Shown one piece after another: positions 51,391 through 62,189 of a DNA stretch of 64,000 bases. Position 1 is the stretch's first letter; each line of letters begins with the position of its first letter. The stretch covers positions 144,582-208,581 of the forward strand of contig BPJG01000001.1 of NCBI GenBank assembly GCA_026004495.1, in the 5' to 3' direction. The position numbers were made by a program, and so were the translations under genes. This stretch comes from Candidatus Parcubacteria bacterium. GTDB lineage: Bacteria > Patescibacteriota > Minisyncoccia > UBA6257 > HR35. The notes beneath the pieces were generated by a model. It did not search any database, had not been told where the DNA came from, and saw nothing but the letters and a program-made list of their open reading frames with translations.

Positions 51391-52647
51391 ATGGAAAAAA
51401 TAATTATTCAAGGGGGTAAAAAACTAGAAGGAAAGATAAAAATATCTGGATCAAAAAATGCCTCTTTACCCATCATAGCTGCAAGTATTTTAATAGAAGG
51501 TAGAATTATCTTAAAAAATATTCCTAAAATTAAGGATGTTGAAGTAATGTTGAAAATTTTAGAATATTTAGGGGCTGAAGTAGAGCATAACGACAATGAA
51601 TTAATAATTAATTCAAAAAATATTTCTTACAAAGACTTACTTATTGATGAGGTAAAAAAATTAAGAGCTTCAATATTGTTTCTAGGACCAATGTTGGCTA
51701 AATTTAAAAAAATTAAAATATTTTTTCCTGGTGGAGATTTGATTGGAGCAAGATCTATTGATCCCCATTTAAAAGCATTAGAAAGTTTAGGTTGTAAATT
51801 TAATATTTATAATCAAACTATTGAAGGTTATTTTGATAAATTAATTAATCAAGTTGTTATGCTCAAAGAAATTAGCGTAACTGCATCAGAAAATTTAATT
51901 ATGGCTTCTGTTTTATTTAAAAAACCTATAAATTTAAGATTGATTGCCTTAGAACCTCATGTTCAAACATTATGTTCTTTTTTAAGGCTGGCTGGTTATA
52001 ATATTAAAGGTACGGGAAGCCATTTCTTAACTGTTAAAAAAGGTGAAAGATTAAAAAAAGAGATTAGCTTTAAAATACCTCCGGATGAAATTGAAACAGC
52101 TACTTTTTTAAGCTTAGGCTTAGCTACAAAAAGTAATATAACAATCACCAATAATAAAATTAGTAATTTAGATGCCCTTATAATTACACTTAAAGAAATG
52201 GGAGCTAATTTTGAAATCAAAAGAAATGATATCATAACTAAACCCTCTAAACTCAAGGGCACTAAAATTCAAACTGGACTTTACCCCAAATTACTTTCAG
52301 ATTTTCATCCTCCTTTGGGGGTTTTAGCTACCCAAGCAGAAGGCTTCACCTTAATTCATGAATGGCTTTATGAAAATAGATTTGGTTATTTACGAGAATT
52401 AGAAATAATGGGAGCTAATGTTGATATTTTAGATCCCCATCGAGCAATTATTAGTGGTCCTACACCCTTATTAGGTAAAGAAATAAAAGCTTTAGATATT
52501 AGAAGTGGCGCTGCTTTAATTATTGCTGGTGCAATTGCCAATGGTACTTCAGTTATCTATGAAGCTCAAGTTATTGATCGAGGCTATGAAAATATTGTAG
52601 AAAGATTAAAAAAAATAGGTTTAGATATTAAAAAAATATCTAATTAA
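51391..52647 (+). CDS. murA: UDP-GlcNAc 1-carboxyvinyltransferase
   Basis: SGSKNASLP, LRASI, GGDLIGARSID, DIRSGAAL, IDRGYE. Confidence 0.95.
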   Translation: MEKIIIQGGKKLEGKIKISGSKNASLPIIAASILIEGRIILKNIPKIKDVEVMLKILEYLGAEVEHNDNELIINSKNISYKDLLIDEVKKLRASILFLGPMLAKFKKIKIFFPGGDLIGARSIDPHLKALESLGCKFNIYNQTIEGYFDKLINQVVMLKEISVTASENLIMASVLFKKPINLRLIALEPHVQTLCSFLRLAGYNIKGTGSHFLTVKKGERLKKEISFKIPPDEIETATFLSLGLATKSNITITNNKISNLDALIITLKEMGANFEIKRNDIITKPSKLKGTKIQTGLYPKLLSDFHPPLGVLATQAEGFTLIHEWLYENRFGYLRELEIMGANVDILDPHRAIISGPTPLLGKEIKALDIRSGAALIIAGAIANGTSVIYEAQVIDRGYENIVERLKKIGLDIKKISN

Positions 52648-52681
52648 CACCCTTGATTTTAGGGTGATAAATGATTATAAT
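52644..52681 (+). promoter_or_regulatory. Variant CIRCE operator overlapping a sigma70 promoter
   Basis: TTAACACCC-N9-GGGTGATAA (consensus TTAGCACTC-N9-GAGTGCTAA); TTGATT-17nt-TATAAT; upstream of hsp20-hrcA-grpE-dnaK. Confidence 0.8.
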
Positions 52682-52734
52682 TATAATATAATTATTTTTA
52701 GGCGGTCGTAATTAATTAATATTAAACAAAAAAA

Positions 52735-53157
52735 ATGAACAGATTAATTAAATGGGACCCATTTGAAGAAATAAAAAAATTTTTTTCTGAGGAAGATTTT
52801 CTTCCTACACTCTTACCAGCTGTAAGAATGCCGACTATACCGATAGATATTTATGAAAAAAATAACAAACTTTATGTTGAAGTAGGGCTACCAGGTTTAT
52901 CAAAAGATGATATTAAAGTTAGAGTAGATAAAGATTTATTAACTATTGAAGTAAATAAGGAAGAAAAAAAGGAAGAAAAGGAAGAAAATTATTATCGCAA
53001 AGAAATCAGAAGAGGATCTTTTAAAAGAGTAATTAGATTGCCCTATGAAGTAGATTATAAAGAAGCAAAGGCTGAATTTCATAATGGCATACTCCTAATA
53101 TCTTTTTCCCTTCCTAAGCCTGAAACTAAAGAAGATAATGAAATAAAAATAGAATAA
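52735..53157 (+). CDS. Hsp20/alpha-crystallin small heat shock protein
   Basis: WDPFEE, DIYE..LPG, EIRRGSFKRVIRLP, NGIL. Confidence 0.92.
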   Translation: MNRLIKWDPFEEIKKFFSEEDFLPTLLPAVRMPTIPIDIYEKNNKLYVEVGLPGLSKDDIKVRVDKDLLTIEVNKEEKKEEKEENYYRKEIRRGSFKRVIRLPYEVDYKEAKAEFHNGILLISFSLPKPETKEDNEIKIE

Positions 53158-53187
53158 TTAATAAATTGAGAGTTAATAAGAAAATAT

Positions 53188-53853
53188 ATGATTAATTTGA
53201 AAGAAAGGGTTTTTAATATCTTGATAAAAGATTATTTGAAAAGAGGGAGACCTGTTGGTTCAAAATATCTTCATAAATTTTATCTCAAAAATATTTCTCA
53301 TTCTACTATAAGATGGTATCTTAGAAAATTAACAAAAGAAGAATTATTAATTAATTCTAAAAAAAATGATGGGAGAATTCCCACAGATAAAGGTTGGAGA
53401 TTTTATTTTGAAAGAAATTTAAATAATAAATTTAGATCAACACAATTTAAATTGCTTAAAAAAAATAATGAAAATGAGATATTTGATAGTCTTTTGAAAA
53501 GATTTAATCTTTATGGTATAATTTTTTATAATAGTACATATTTTATAGAAAGTGGTTTAGATTATATAATCAGAAATATAGAATTTAACAACAAGATATA
53601 TTTTGTTGGTTTAGCATATTTAATAAAGAATATAAAAATTAATAATAAAATAAATATTAAAAACAATGATGATATTTCCATTTTAATAGGCAAAGAAATT
53701 GGTCTATTGAGATGTGAAAATTTTTCAGTTTTCACTTGGCAAAATTTTAACAAAAGATATTTTTTATTATCGGTCAAAAGAATTAATTATCCTCAAGTTT
53801 ATAATTTAATAAAAATTAATTTTAAAAATGGAAGAAGAAAAATTACCATCTGA
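53188..53853 (+). CDS. hrcA: Heat-inducible repressor HrcA (short, divergent)
   Basis: PVGSK, SHSTIR, GRIPTDKGWRFY; upstream of grpE. Confidence 0.8.
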   Translation: MINLKERVFNILIKDYLKRGRPVGSKYLHKFYLKNISHSTIRWYLRKLTKEELLINSKKNDGRIPTDKGWRFYFERNLNNKFRSTQFKLLKKNNENEIFDSLLKRFNLYGIIFYNSTYFIESGLDYIIRNIEFNNKIYFVGLAYLIKNIKINNKINIKNNDDISILIGKEIGLLRCENFSVFTWQNFNKRYFLLSVKRINYPQVYNLIKINFKNGRRKITI

Positions 53854-54343
53854 ATTAGAAACAATAAAAGAATTACAAGAAACTATTGCCAGGCTAGAAA
53901 AAGAAAAGGAAGAATATTTGAGTGGTTGGAAGAGGGCAAAATCTGATTTTATAAATTATCAAAAAGAAATGGAAGAAAAAATAAAAAATATTATAAATTT
54001 TGCTAATTCTAATTTAATTTTAGACTTAACAACAGTTTTAGATAGTCTTGACTTGGCAATTAATTCCTTAACTGAAGAAGATAAAAAAAGAAATTTAGGT
54101 AAAGGCTATATTTTAATTCAGAATCAAATATTAGATATACTTAAAAAATATGGCTTAGAAATTATTGAACCTAAAAATGAAACCTTTAATCCTGAATTTC
54201 ATGAGGCTATTTCAACTAAAAAATGTGAAAAAGAAAACTGCGACAAATCTGATGATAATTTAATAATTGAAGTTTATTCTAAGGGTTATTTTCTTAATGG
54301 AAAATTAATAAGACCAGCAAAAGTAAAAGTCATTATTCATTAA
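53828..54343 (+). CDS. grpE: Nucleotide exchange factor GrpE
   Basis: [26 protein letters not shown]. Confidence 0.94.
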   Translation: MEEEKLPSELETIKELQETIARLEKEKEEYLSGWKRAKSDFINYQKEMEEKIKNIINFANSNLILDLTTVLDSLDLAINSLTEEDKKRNLGKGYILIQNQILDILKKYGLEIIEPKNETFNPEFHEAISTKKCEKENCDKSDDNLIIEVYSKGYFLNGKLIRPAKVKVIIH

Positions 54344-54365
54344 AATTAAGAATTTCTTAATAAAA

Positions 54366-56186
54366 ATGGGAAAGATTTTAGGAATAGACCTAGGAACAAC
54401 TAATTCTGTAGCTGCCATTGTTGAAGCTGGTAATCCTCGTGTAATTGAAAATCAAGAAGGAGCAAGAATTACTCCTTCCGTTGTTGCTATTTCTAAAAAT
54501 GGTGAGAGGTTGGTTGGAATTTTAGCTAAAAGACAAGCTATTACTAATCCTCAAAATACCATTTTTTCTATAAAAAGATTAATAGGTAGAAGATTCACCG
54601 ATTCTGAAGTAGAAAAAGCAAAAAAAATTTTACCTTATGAAATAAGAGAGTCTCAAAATGGTGGTGTTGAAGTAAAAATGGGAGATAGATGGTATCGCCC
54701 CGAAGAAATTTCTGCTATGATTCTTCAAAAAATTAAGATGGATGTCGAAAATAAATTAGGTGAAAAAATAACCGAAGTAGTTATCACAGTTCCTGCCTAC
54801 TTTGATGATTCTCAAAGATCAGCAACTAAAGCAGCTGGAGAAATTGCTGGCCTAAATGTTAAAAGAATTCTTCCTGAACCAACCGCAGCAGCCTTAGCTT
54901 ATGGTTTAGATAAAAATGTAAATCAAAAAATTTTAGTTTATGACTTTGGAGGAGGAACTTTTGATGTTTCAATTTTAGAAATTGGCGATAATGTAATTGA
55001 AACTAAGGGTATAGGCGGAGATACTCTTTTGGGAGGAGATGATTTTGATCAAAGAATAATTCATTATATTATTGAAGAATATAATAAACAAGAGGGTATT
55101 GACTTATCTAAAGATCCCCTAGCTCTTCAAAGATTAAAAGAGGCTGCTGAAAAAGCAAAACAAGAGCTTTCAACTTTATTAGAAACAGAAATAAATTTAC
55201 CCTTCATCTCTGCTGAAGGTGGCAATCCTAAGCATCTTTATTTAAAATTAACCAGAAGTCAATTGGAAAATTTAACTCGCGATTTAGTTGATAAATCAAT
55301 AGAAATTGTAGATAAAACATTAAAAGAAGTTAATCTTTCACCTAATGATATTGACGAAATTATCCTTGTAGGAGGACAAACTCGTATGCCTCTTATACAG
55401 CAAAAAATTAGAGAATATTTCAACAAAGAGCCAAGAAAAGATATTAATCCTGATGAAGTCGTGGCTATTGGAGCAGCAATTCAAGCAGGTATTTTACAAG
55501 GAGATGTAAGAGAAATTCTTCTTTTAGATGTAACCCCCCTAACATTAGCTATTGAAACCTTAGGTGGAATCGCTCACCCAATGATTCCTAAAAATACTCC
55601 AATTCCTTATTCTAAAACAGAAGTATTTACTACTGCTGAAGATAATCAAACTGCTGTTGAAATTCATGTAGTTCAGGGAGAAAGACCTATGGCTAGAGAT
55701 AACAAAACTTTAGCAAGATTTATTTTAGATGGTATCCCTCCAGCCCCAAGAGGTATTCCTCAAATAGAAGTTGTTTTTGATATTGACGTTAATGGCATCT
55801 TAACAGTGACTGCTAAAGATAAGGCAACTAATAAAACCCAATCAGTTAAAATAGAATCTTCAACTAATCTTTCGAAAGAAGATATTGAAAAACTAAAAAG
55901 GGAAGCTGAAATATATGCTGAAGAAGATACCAAAAGAAGAAAATTAGCTGAAACTAAAAATCAGGCAGAAAATTTAATTTATCAAGCAAGAAAAATTTTA
56001 ACTGATTATAGGGATAAAATTAATGAAGAAATAAAAGTTGATATTGAAAATAAAATTAGAGAATTAGAGGAAGCTAAAAATTCTGACAATATTGAATTAA
56101 TAGAAACTAAAATTAAAGAATTGACTAATTCATTATCAAAAATAGGTCAACAATTTTATAATCAAAACCCTGACCAAAATATTTGA
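54366..56186 (+). CDS. dnaK: Chaperone DnaK
   Basis: [36 protein letters not shown]. Confidence 0.98.
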   Translation: MGKILGIDLGTTNSVAAIVEAGNPRVIENQEGARITPSVVAISKNGERLVGILAKRQAITNPQNTIFSIKRLIGRRFTDSEVEKAKKILPYEIRESQNGGVEVKMGDRWYRPEEISAMILQKIKMDVENKLGEKITEVVITVPAYFDDSQRSATKAAGEIAGLNVKRILPEPTAAALAYGLDKNVNQKILVYDFGGGTFDVSILEIGDNVIETKGIGGDTLLGGDDFDQRIIHYIIEEYNKQEGIDLSKDPLALQRLKEAAEKAKQELSTLLETEINLPFISAEGGNPKHLYLKLTRSQLENLTRDLVDKSIEIVDKTLKEVNLSPNDIDEIILVGGQTRMPLIQQKIREYFNKEPRKDINPDEVVAIGAAIQAGILQGDVREILLLDVTPLTLAIETLGGIAHPMIPKNTPIPYSKTEVFTTAEDNQTAVEIHVVQGERPMARDNKTLARFILDGIPPAPRGIPQIEVVFDIDVNGILTVTAKDKATNKTQSVKIESSTNLSKEDIEKLKREAEIYAEEDTKRRKLAETKNQAENLIYQARKILTDYRDKINEEIKVDIENKIRELEEAKNSDNIELIETKIKELTNSLSKIGQQFYNQNPDQNI

Positions 56187-56229
56187 TAGATGTCTCTAAT
56201 AAAATATGTAATAATTCATATTATATTTA

Positions 56230-57165
56230 ATGAATATTTATGAAAAAATATTAAATAATAAAGAGCGAAATAATAGTTTATTTTATTATTTAATCTTGTT
56301 AATAATCAATTTAGGTTCATTATATTTTTTTCTTAATTTAAATATTAAATATATTTTTCAATTAGAACCATTAATTTATCTTTATATTTTGTTAGCCTTA
56401 GCGATATTTAATTTTTCATTGGTTATAATTGCTATAATTTATGATTTAGATAGGTTTATAATCAGCAATGTTTTTTTAATTATTTTAATATTTATATTTA
56501 CCAATAAATTATTTCAGGAAAATTATATTCAACTATTTATTTTATCAGGAGTTTTTCTTATTTTTAATTTATTAAATTATTCGATTATAAATAGAAATTA
56601 CAAATCAAATCTAATTATTAATTGGCCATATTTATTTAGAATTTCGTGGAATTTCTTAATAATATCATTTTTTATTTTTATTTTTAACTTTTTAACTTTT
56701 TTACCTTCATTTGAAAAATTAACTTTTGAAAATATTTATCTAACCTTAAATAAATTTGACAATTTAAATTGGATTTCTTTGGATACTAAAATAGTCGACA
56801 TTTTAAATAAAAATATCGATAAAAATTTACCTAACGACATTAGAAAGCAAGCTATTATTAATAGCATCAAGGACTTAAATAATAAATTTAATTTAAATCT
56901 TGAAACAAAATCAACCCTTAAGGATGCCATTTCTCAATATTTAACTAAACAAATAGAAACGATAAAAGATAGCCAAGAAAAAATCTATATAATAAAATCA
57001 ATAATAGCTGCTATCCTTATTGCCACAATTCAACCAATTTTTTATATTATTGGATTTATAGTTGGTTATCTTTCTTATTTTATGATGAAAATTTTAATAG
57101 CCTTAAAAATTTTTAAAATATCTTATAATCAAGCTTTAAAAGAAAATATTGAAATATCAAAATAA
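56230..57165 (+). CDS. Hypothetical membrane protein between dnaK and dnaJ
   Basis: Multiple hydrophobic segments. Confidence 0.65.
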   Translation: MNIYEKILNNKERNNSLFYYLILLIINLGSLYFFLNLNIKYIFQLEPLIYLYILLALAIFNFSLVIIAIIYDLDRFIISNVFLIILIFIFTNKLFQENYIQLFILSGVFLIFNLLNYSIINRNYKSNLIINWPYLFRISWNFLIISFFIFIFNFLTFLPSFEKLTFENIYLTLNKFDNLNWISLDTKIVDILNKNIDKNLPNDIRKQAIINSIKDLNNKFNLNLETKSTLKDAISQYLTKQIETIKDSQEKIYIIKSIIAAILIATIQPIFYIIGFIVGYLSYFMMKILIALKIFKISYNQALKENIEISK

Positions 57166-57167
57166 AA

Positions 57168-58196
57168 ATGGAAGACTATTACAAAATTTTAGGAATACCA
57201 GAAAACGCTTCAGAGGAAGAAATAAAAAAGAAATTTAGAGAATTAGCTAAAAAACATCATCCAGATTTTGGTGGCGATCCAGAAAAATTTAAGAAAATTT
57301 TAGAGGCTTACAGAGTTCTATCGAATAAAAAATTAAGGCAAGAATATGATCAACGAAGGAAAATGAAAGATTTTAATTTTGATTTTGGTGGTTTTAATTT
57401 TAATGATATTTTTCAGGGTTCATCAATTAATGATTTAATCGGAGATCTCTTTGAAGATTTCTTTTCTTCAGATATTCGTCACCACTTTGAGGCACGAGAT
57501 ATAATTTTAGATCTAGAAATCACCTTAGAAGAATTAATTAAGGGGACAACTAAAAATATTTCTTATAAAAGAAAAGTAATATGCAGTAAATGTGATGGCA
57601 CTGGAAGTGAAAATAAAAATTTTATTAGATGCAATATTTGTAATGGAACGGGTAAGGTAAAATCAAGGAGTAGTTTCTTTACTGGTTTTATTTTCGAAAC
57701 AAGTAAAATTTGTCAAAACTGTAAGGGAAAGGGCAAAATCCCCGAAAAAATATGTCAAAATTGTCAGGGTAGGGGTTATGTTGCGAAAAATGAATTAATT
57801 ACAATAAATCTTCCACCAAATACTAATCTTAAGGAAATTATAAGAATTGCTAATTTTGGGGATCAAGATCCTTATTTAAAAAAGAGTGGCGACTTGTTAT
57901 TAAGAATAATTATTAAACCGCATCCTAAATTTAACATCAAAGGTAACGACCTAATAGCAGAAATTGAATTAACGCCAATTGATTTAGTCTTGGGGAAAAA
58001 ATTAATTGTTGATTATTTCGGAGAAAAAATAGAAATTAATATACCTCAAGGATTTAATGATAATTTTATTAAAATAAATAATAAAGGAATTAATGGAGGT
58101 AGTTTAATTTTGAAAATTAAATTAAAGCCCATAAAAAAATTATCAAAAAGAGCAAAAGATTTATTAGAAGAACTTAAGAAAGAAATTTATGAATAA
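57168..58196 (+). CDS. dnaJ: Chaperone DnaJ
   Basis: HPD motif and four CxxCxGxG repeats. Confidence 0.94.
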   Translation: MEDYYKILGIPENASEEEIKKKFRELAKKHHPDFGGDPEKFKKILEAYRVLSNKKLRQEYDQRRKMKDFNFDFGGFNFNDIFQGSSINDLIGDLFEDFFSSDIRHHFEARDIILDLEITLEELIKGTTKNISYKRKVICSKCDGTGSENKNFIRCNICNGTGKVKSRSSFFTGFIFETSKICQNCKGKGKIPEKICQNCQGRGYVAKNELITINLPPNTNLKEIIRIANFGDQDPYLKKSGDLLLRIIIKPHPKFNIKGNDLIAEIELTPIDLVLGKKLIVDYFGEKIEINIPQGFNDNFIKINNKGINGGSLILKIKLKPIKKLSKRAKDLLEELKKEIYE

Positions 58197-58211
58197 TACC
58201 TTCCTTTCTCT

Positions 58212-58742
58212 TTAATATGTTGGGTTATCTTCTTTTAATTTCTTTTGGCAGACCTCTTTGAGAGCTAAAGCATAAAAATAACTTGATAATCTATTAAGAT
58301 AAATCAAAATTTCAGGCATTAGATTTCTTTTTTTTGAAACTCTAACGGCCTTTCTTTCAGCTCTACGGACTACTGTCCTTAAATAATGAAGCCAGGAAGA
58401 ATTAATTTCTTTACCTGGAATGACAAAACTAGTTGGTAATTTGATTTTATTTTCTATTTTAGAAATTTCTATTTCCAAAAATTCAATTTTGTTTTTAGTT
58501 AGTTTTGGAGGTGCAAACTTAGAATATATTAAATTAGCCACATTGGCCTGAATAATGAAAATATCATTTTGAATATTAGTAAATTTTTTATAATATTTTT
58601 TTATGTAATTTTTAACAATTCCAATTAAACTGTTTAATTCATCTAGTTCGCCTAATAAATCAATAACTAAATTATCTTTAGATATTTTTTTATTCCCTAT
58701 TACACTTTTACCTCTATCTCCCTTTCGACTAAATAAATACAT
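58212..58742 (-). CDS. PduO-type cob(I)alamin adenosyltransferase
   Basis: RKGDRG, GELDELNS, FVIPG, RTVVRRAER, YLNRLS. Confidence 0.88.
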   Translation of the reverse strand: MYLFSRKGDRGKSVIGNKKISKDNLVIDLLGELDELNSLIGIVKNYIKKYYKKFTNIQNDIFIIQANVANLIYSKFAPPKLTKNKIEFLEIEISKIENKIKLPTSFVIPGKEINSSWLHYLRTVVRRAERKAVRVSKKRNLMPEILIYLNRLSSYFYALALKEVCQKKLKEDNPTY

Positions 58743-58767
58743 TAAAATTTAAATTTTCTAAATTTAA

Positions 58768-61440
58768 CTAACTACAACCCCCAGAGGTTTCTCCACATTC
58801 CATACAAGTATAACATGATCCTGTTTTAGTTGTCATACCACCACAATATTTACATGGAGGACCACTAAGATCATATTTCTTGTTAAAATTTGAATTATAT
58901 TTTTTATTAAATAATTGGGGGTGTTCTTTTAAATAATTTTCATCCTTAGAAGCTAAACCTAATTTAAAAAGATCTTCTTTAGATAAAAATCTATAAGCTA
59001 AATATTTAAATATATAATCAGTTATGGAAGTTGCAAATTTAATATCTGGATTATTAGTAATTCCCATTGGCTCAAATCTCATTTGAACAAATTTTTTAGC
59101 TAAATCCTTAAGTGGGACATTGTATTGAAGTGCTATGGAAACGGCTATAGCAAAAGCATCTAATAATCCAGCTAAAGTACTTCCCTGTTTCGACATTTTA
59201 ATAAATATTTCTCCTAAAGTTCCGTCATCAAACATTCCATAAATTAAATAACCTTCATGCCCAGCAATTGAAAATTTATGTGTCTCTGATTTTCTAATGG
59301 TTGGTAATTTTTTTCTTTCAATCTTTTCGTTAGTTTTTTTATTTTTCTTTTCAGTATATAAAGCTTGAGTTGCTTTTGAACCATCACGATAAACAGCAAA
59401 ACATTTTATTCCTAATTTCCAAGCAGTAAAATAGGCATCATAAATTTCCTGAATTGTTGTTTCATTAGGCATATTAAATGTCTTACTTATACCCCCCGAA
59501 ATAAAAGGTTGAATTGCGGCAACCATTTTTACGTGTCCCAACCAATGAATATATCTTTTTCCTCCAGGTGGCTTAATGGCACAATCAAAAACAGGTAAAT
59601 GCTCCAATTTAATGTGTGGCGCTGTTTCAATGTTTTGAGTTTCTTCTAAATGTTTAACAATATCTTCAATTTCTTTTTCAGAATAACCAAGTCTTCTTAA
59701 AGATAAAGGAACTATTCTATTTACAATCTTCATATAGCCACCACCAACAAGCTGCTTTATTTTAACTAAAGCAAAATCAGGTTCAACCCCAGTAGTGTCA
59801 GCATCCATCATAAAGCTTATTGTTCCAGTAGGTGCGATAACTGTTGATTGAGCATTACGAAAGCCATATTTCTTACCATTTTCAATTACTTCATCCCAAA
59901 CTTCTTTTGCTTTTTTAAAAATTTCTTTATTAAATTCATTTTCATTAATATTTCTTAATGATTTGTGATGCATCTCCATTACTTCTAATATCGATTCTTT
60001 ATTTTTTTCATATTCAGGAAATGAACCAAGTTTGGCTGAAATTTCCGTTGAAAGTCTATAAGCTTCACCAGTCATTAAGGCAGTAATACTACTAGCTAAA
60101 TTTCTGGCTTCATCAGAATCATATGATAGACCTAATGCCATAATTAAAGAACCCAAGTTTGTATAGCCTAAGCCGATAGTTCTATATTTTTTAGTTTCTT
60201 CAGCAATTTTTGGATGAGGATAATCGGCCTTAGAAATCATAATATCTTGGGCTAAAAACATTATTTTGACAGTATGAAGAAAGGCAGGAATATCAAATTT
60301 ACCATCTTCTTTAAGAAACTTCAAGAGATTAATTGATGACAAATTACAGCTTGTCCAATTAAGAAATATATATTCAGCACAAGGATTAGTTGCTTCAATT
60401 ATTCCTGAATTTTTGCAAGTATGCCATTTTTGAATCGTATCATCAAATTGAACTCCTGGGTCACCGCATTCCCAAGCAGCCTTAGCGATTTCCCATAAAA
60501 TATCTTTAGCTTTATAAACTTGAGCTACCTTGCCTGAAGTTCGATAATAAGTCTGCCATTTTTCATCTTTCATTGCTGCCTCCATTAAAGCATCAGAAAT
60601 TCTAACTGAATTATTTGCATTTTGAAAGAAAATATTTTGCCATAAGGGATTGTTTAAATCAGTCATATCATAACCTGCTTCCATTAAGGCTCTAACTTTA
60701 TTTTCTTCTTCAGCCTTAACTCGAACATAATCTATAATTTCAGGATGGTCAGCATTTAAAATTATCATTTTTGCTGCCCTACGCGTCGTACCTCCAGATT
60801 TTATACTTCCAGCAACAGCATCAGCTGCTTTCATGAAGGAAATAACTCCTGAAGAAACACCACCGCTGGAAAGTGATTCTCCTTTCGCTCTTAATTTTGA
60901 TAAATTAATTCCTGAGCCTGAACCTCCTTTAAAAATCATTCCTTCGGTTTTAATCCAATCTAAAATTGATTCCATGTTATCTTCAACATCTAAAATAAAA
61001 CAGGCGGCACCTTGTTGAGTCCTGCCTTCAACGCCAAAATTGAACCAAACTGGAGAATTAAAGGCAGCGTATTGATGAAGTAAGATATAAATTAACTCGG
61101 CCTCAAAAATTTCTGATTCCTTTTCATCAAAATAACCTTGTTCTAATCCCCATTTTTTAAATGTTTTAGTAACTCGATCAATTAGCTCCTTTAAACTTTT
61201 TTCTTGCTTGCCTTTATTTACTTTAAAATACTTAGAGGCAATAATATTAATTGCATTTTGGCTATAGAAATCGGGAAATTCTACATCCTCCATTCTGAAA
61301 TTAGAACCAGGAATTTCGGCTATTGTTTTTATCCAATTTACAGTTTCATAAGGATGGATATTCTTATCAGTAAAAAATCTTTTAATCCTTAAGGGAGTTG
61401 AATATTCCAAAATACTATTAGATATATTTCTTTTTTTCAT
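58768..61440 (-). CDS. nrdJ: Class II (B12-dependent) ribonucleotide reductase
   Basis: FNSPVWFN, ACFI, TRRAAKM, TNPCAE, APTGTISF, SKTFN, YRDGSK, C-terminal Cys cluster. Confidence 0.94.
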   Translation of the reverse strand: MKKRNISNSILEYSTPLRIKRFFTDKNIHPYETVNWIKTIAEIPGSNFRMEDVEFPDFYSQNAINIIASKYFKVNKGKQEKSLKELIDRVTKTFKKWGLEQGYFDEKESEIFEAELIYILLHQYAAFNSPVWFNFGVEGRTQQGAACFILDVEDNMESILDWIKTEGMIFKGGSGSGINLSKLRAKGESLSSGGVSSGVISFMKAADAVAGSIKSGGTTRRAAKMIILNADHPEIIDYVRVKAEEENKVRALMEAGYDMTDLNNPLWQNIFFQNANNSVRISDALMEAAMKDEKWQTYYRTSGKVAQVYKAKDILWEIAKAAWECGDPGVQFDDTIQKWHTCKNSGIIEATNPCAEYIFLNWTSCNLSSINLLKFLKEDGKFDIPAFLHTVKIMFLAQDIMISKADYPHPKIAEETKKYRTIGLGYTNLGSLIMALGLSYDSDEARNLASSITALMTGEAYRLSTEISAKLGSFPEYEKNKESILEVMEMHHKSLRNINENEFNKEIFKKAKEVWDEVIENGKKYGFRNAQSTVIAPTGTISFMMDADTTGVEPDFALVKIKQLVGGGYMKIVNRIVPLSLRRLGYSEKEIEDIVKHLEETQNIETAPHIKLEHLPVFDCAIKPPGGKRYIHWLGHVKMVAAIQPFISGGISKTFNMPNETTIQEIYDAYFTAWKLGIKCFAVYRDGSKATQALYTEKKNKKTNEKIERKKLPTIRKSETHKFSIAGHEGYLIYGMFDDGTLGEIFIKMSKQGSTLAGLLDAFAIAVSIALQYNVPLKDLAKKFVQMRFEPMGITNNPDIKFATSITDYIFKYLAYRFLSKEDLFKLGLASKDENYLKEHPQLFNKKYNSNFNKKYDLSGPPCKYCGGMTTKTGSCYTCMECGETSGGCS

Positions 61441-61502
61441 AAAAAATTTTTTAAATTTTTTTAATATTAATTAAATAAAGTTCGACCTTATAGAATTTAA
61501 AT

Positions 61503-61550
61503 TTTATAGTTTAAGAAATTGATTATGTCAAGTTTTTAAATTGTGGATAA
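61503..61550 (-). promoter_or_regulatory. nrdJ promoter with adjacent DnaA box
   Basis: TTGACA(61531-61526)-17nt-TATAAA(61508-61503); TTATCCACA at 61550-61542. Confidence 0.6.
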
Positions 61551-61586
61551 GAATATTTTGCTAATTAGCTTAAAATTTTCTACAAA

Positions 61587-62189
61587 ATGATTAGTTGCTT
61601 AATACCAGCTTATAATGAAGAAAAATATATAAAAAATACCATTGAATCGCTGAAAAATACTAATTTAATAGATGAAATTATCGTTATTGATGATGCTTCT
61701 ACCGATAAAACCTTTGAAATTATAAAAAAAATAAAGGGTATAAAAATAATTAAAAATTACAAGAATTTAGGCAAAACTAAATGTATATTAAGAGGATTAA
61801 AATCAAGCAGTGGAAATACTATTTTATTAGTTGATGCAGATTTGCAAGGGCTAAATTATTTTGATTTATCGAATTTAATAAAACCAGTAGAAAATAATGA
61901 ATTAGATATTACCATTGCTTATGGTATTCCTTTTGTTTTAAAGAAATTTTCAGGTTTAAGATGTTTAAAAAGAGAAATTTTTAATTTATTAAATGAAAGA
62001 AAATTAAAAACTGCTAATTATGGTCTAGAAAAAATAATTAATAAGGCTATTAAAAAACATAATTTGAAGTTTAAATATATAAAAATGCAAAAAATCAGAA
62101 ATATTCATAAAATTAAAAAGTATGGTCTTATTAAGGGTTTAAAATTAACAATTAAAATGTATTTAGAAATAATAATAAATCTATTTTAA
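61587..62189 (+). CDS. Glycosyltransferase family 2
   Basis: IPAYNEE, IDDASTD, NLGK, DAD. Confidence 0.9.
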   Translation: MISCLIPAYNEEKYIKNTIESLKNTNLIDEIIVIDDASTDKTFEIIKKIKGIKIIKNYKNLGKTKCILRGLKSSSGNTILLVDADLQGLNYFDLSNLIKPVENNELDITIAYGIPFVLKKFSGLRCLKREIFNLLNERKLKTANYGLEKIINKAIKKHNLKFKYIKMQKIRNIHKIKKYGLIKGLKLTIKMYLEIIINLF

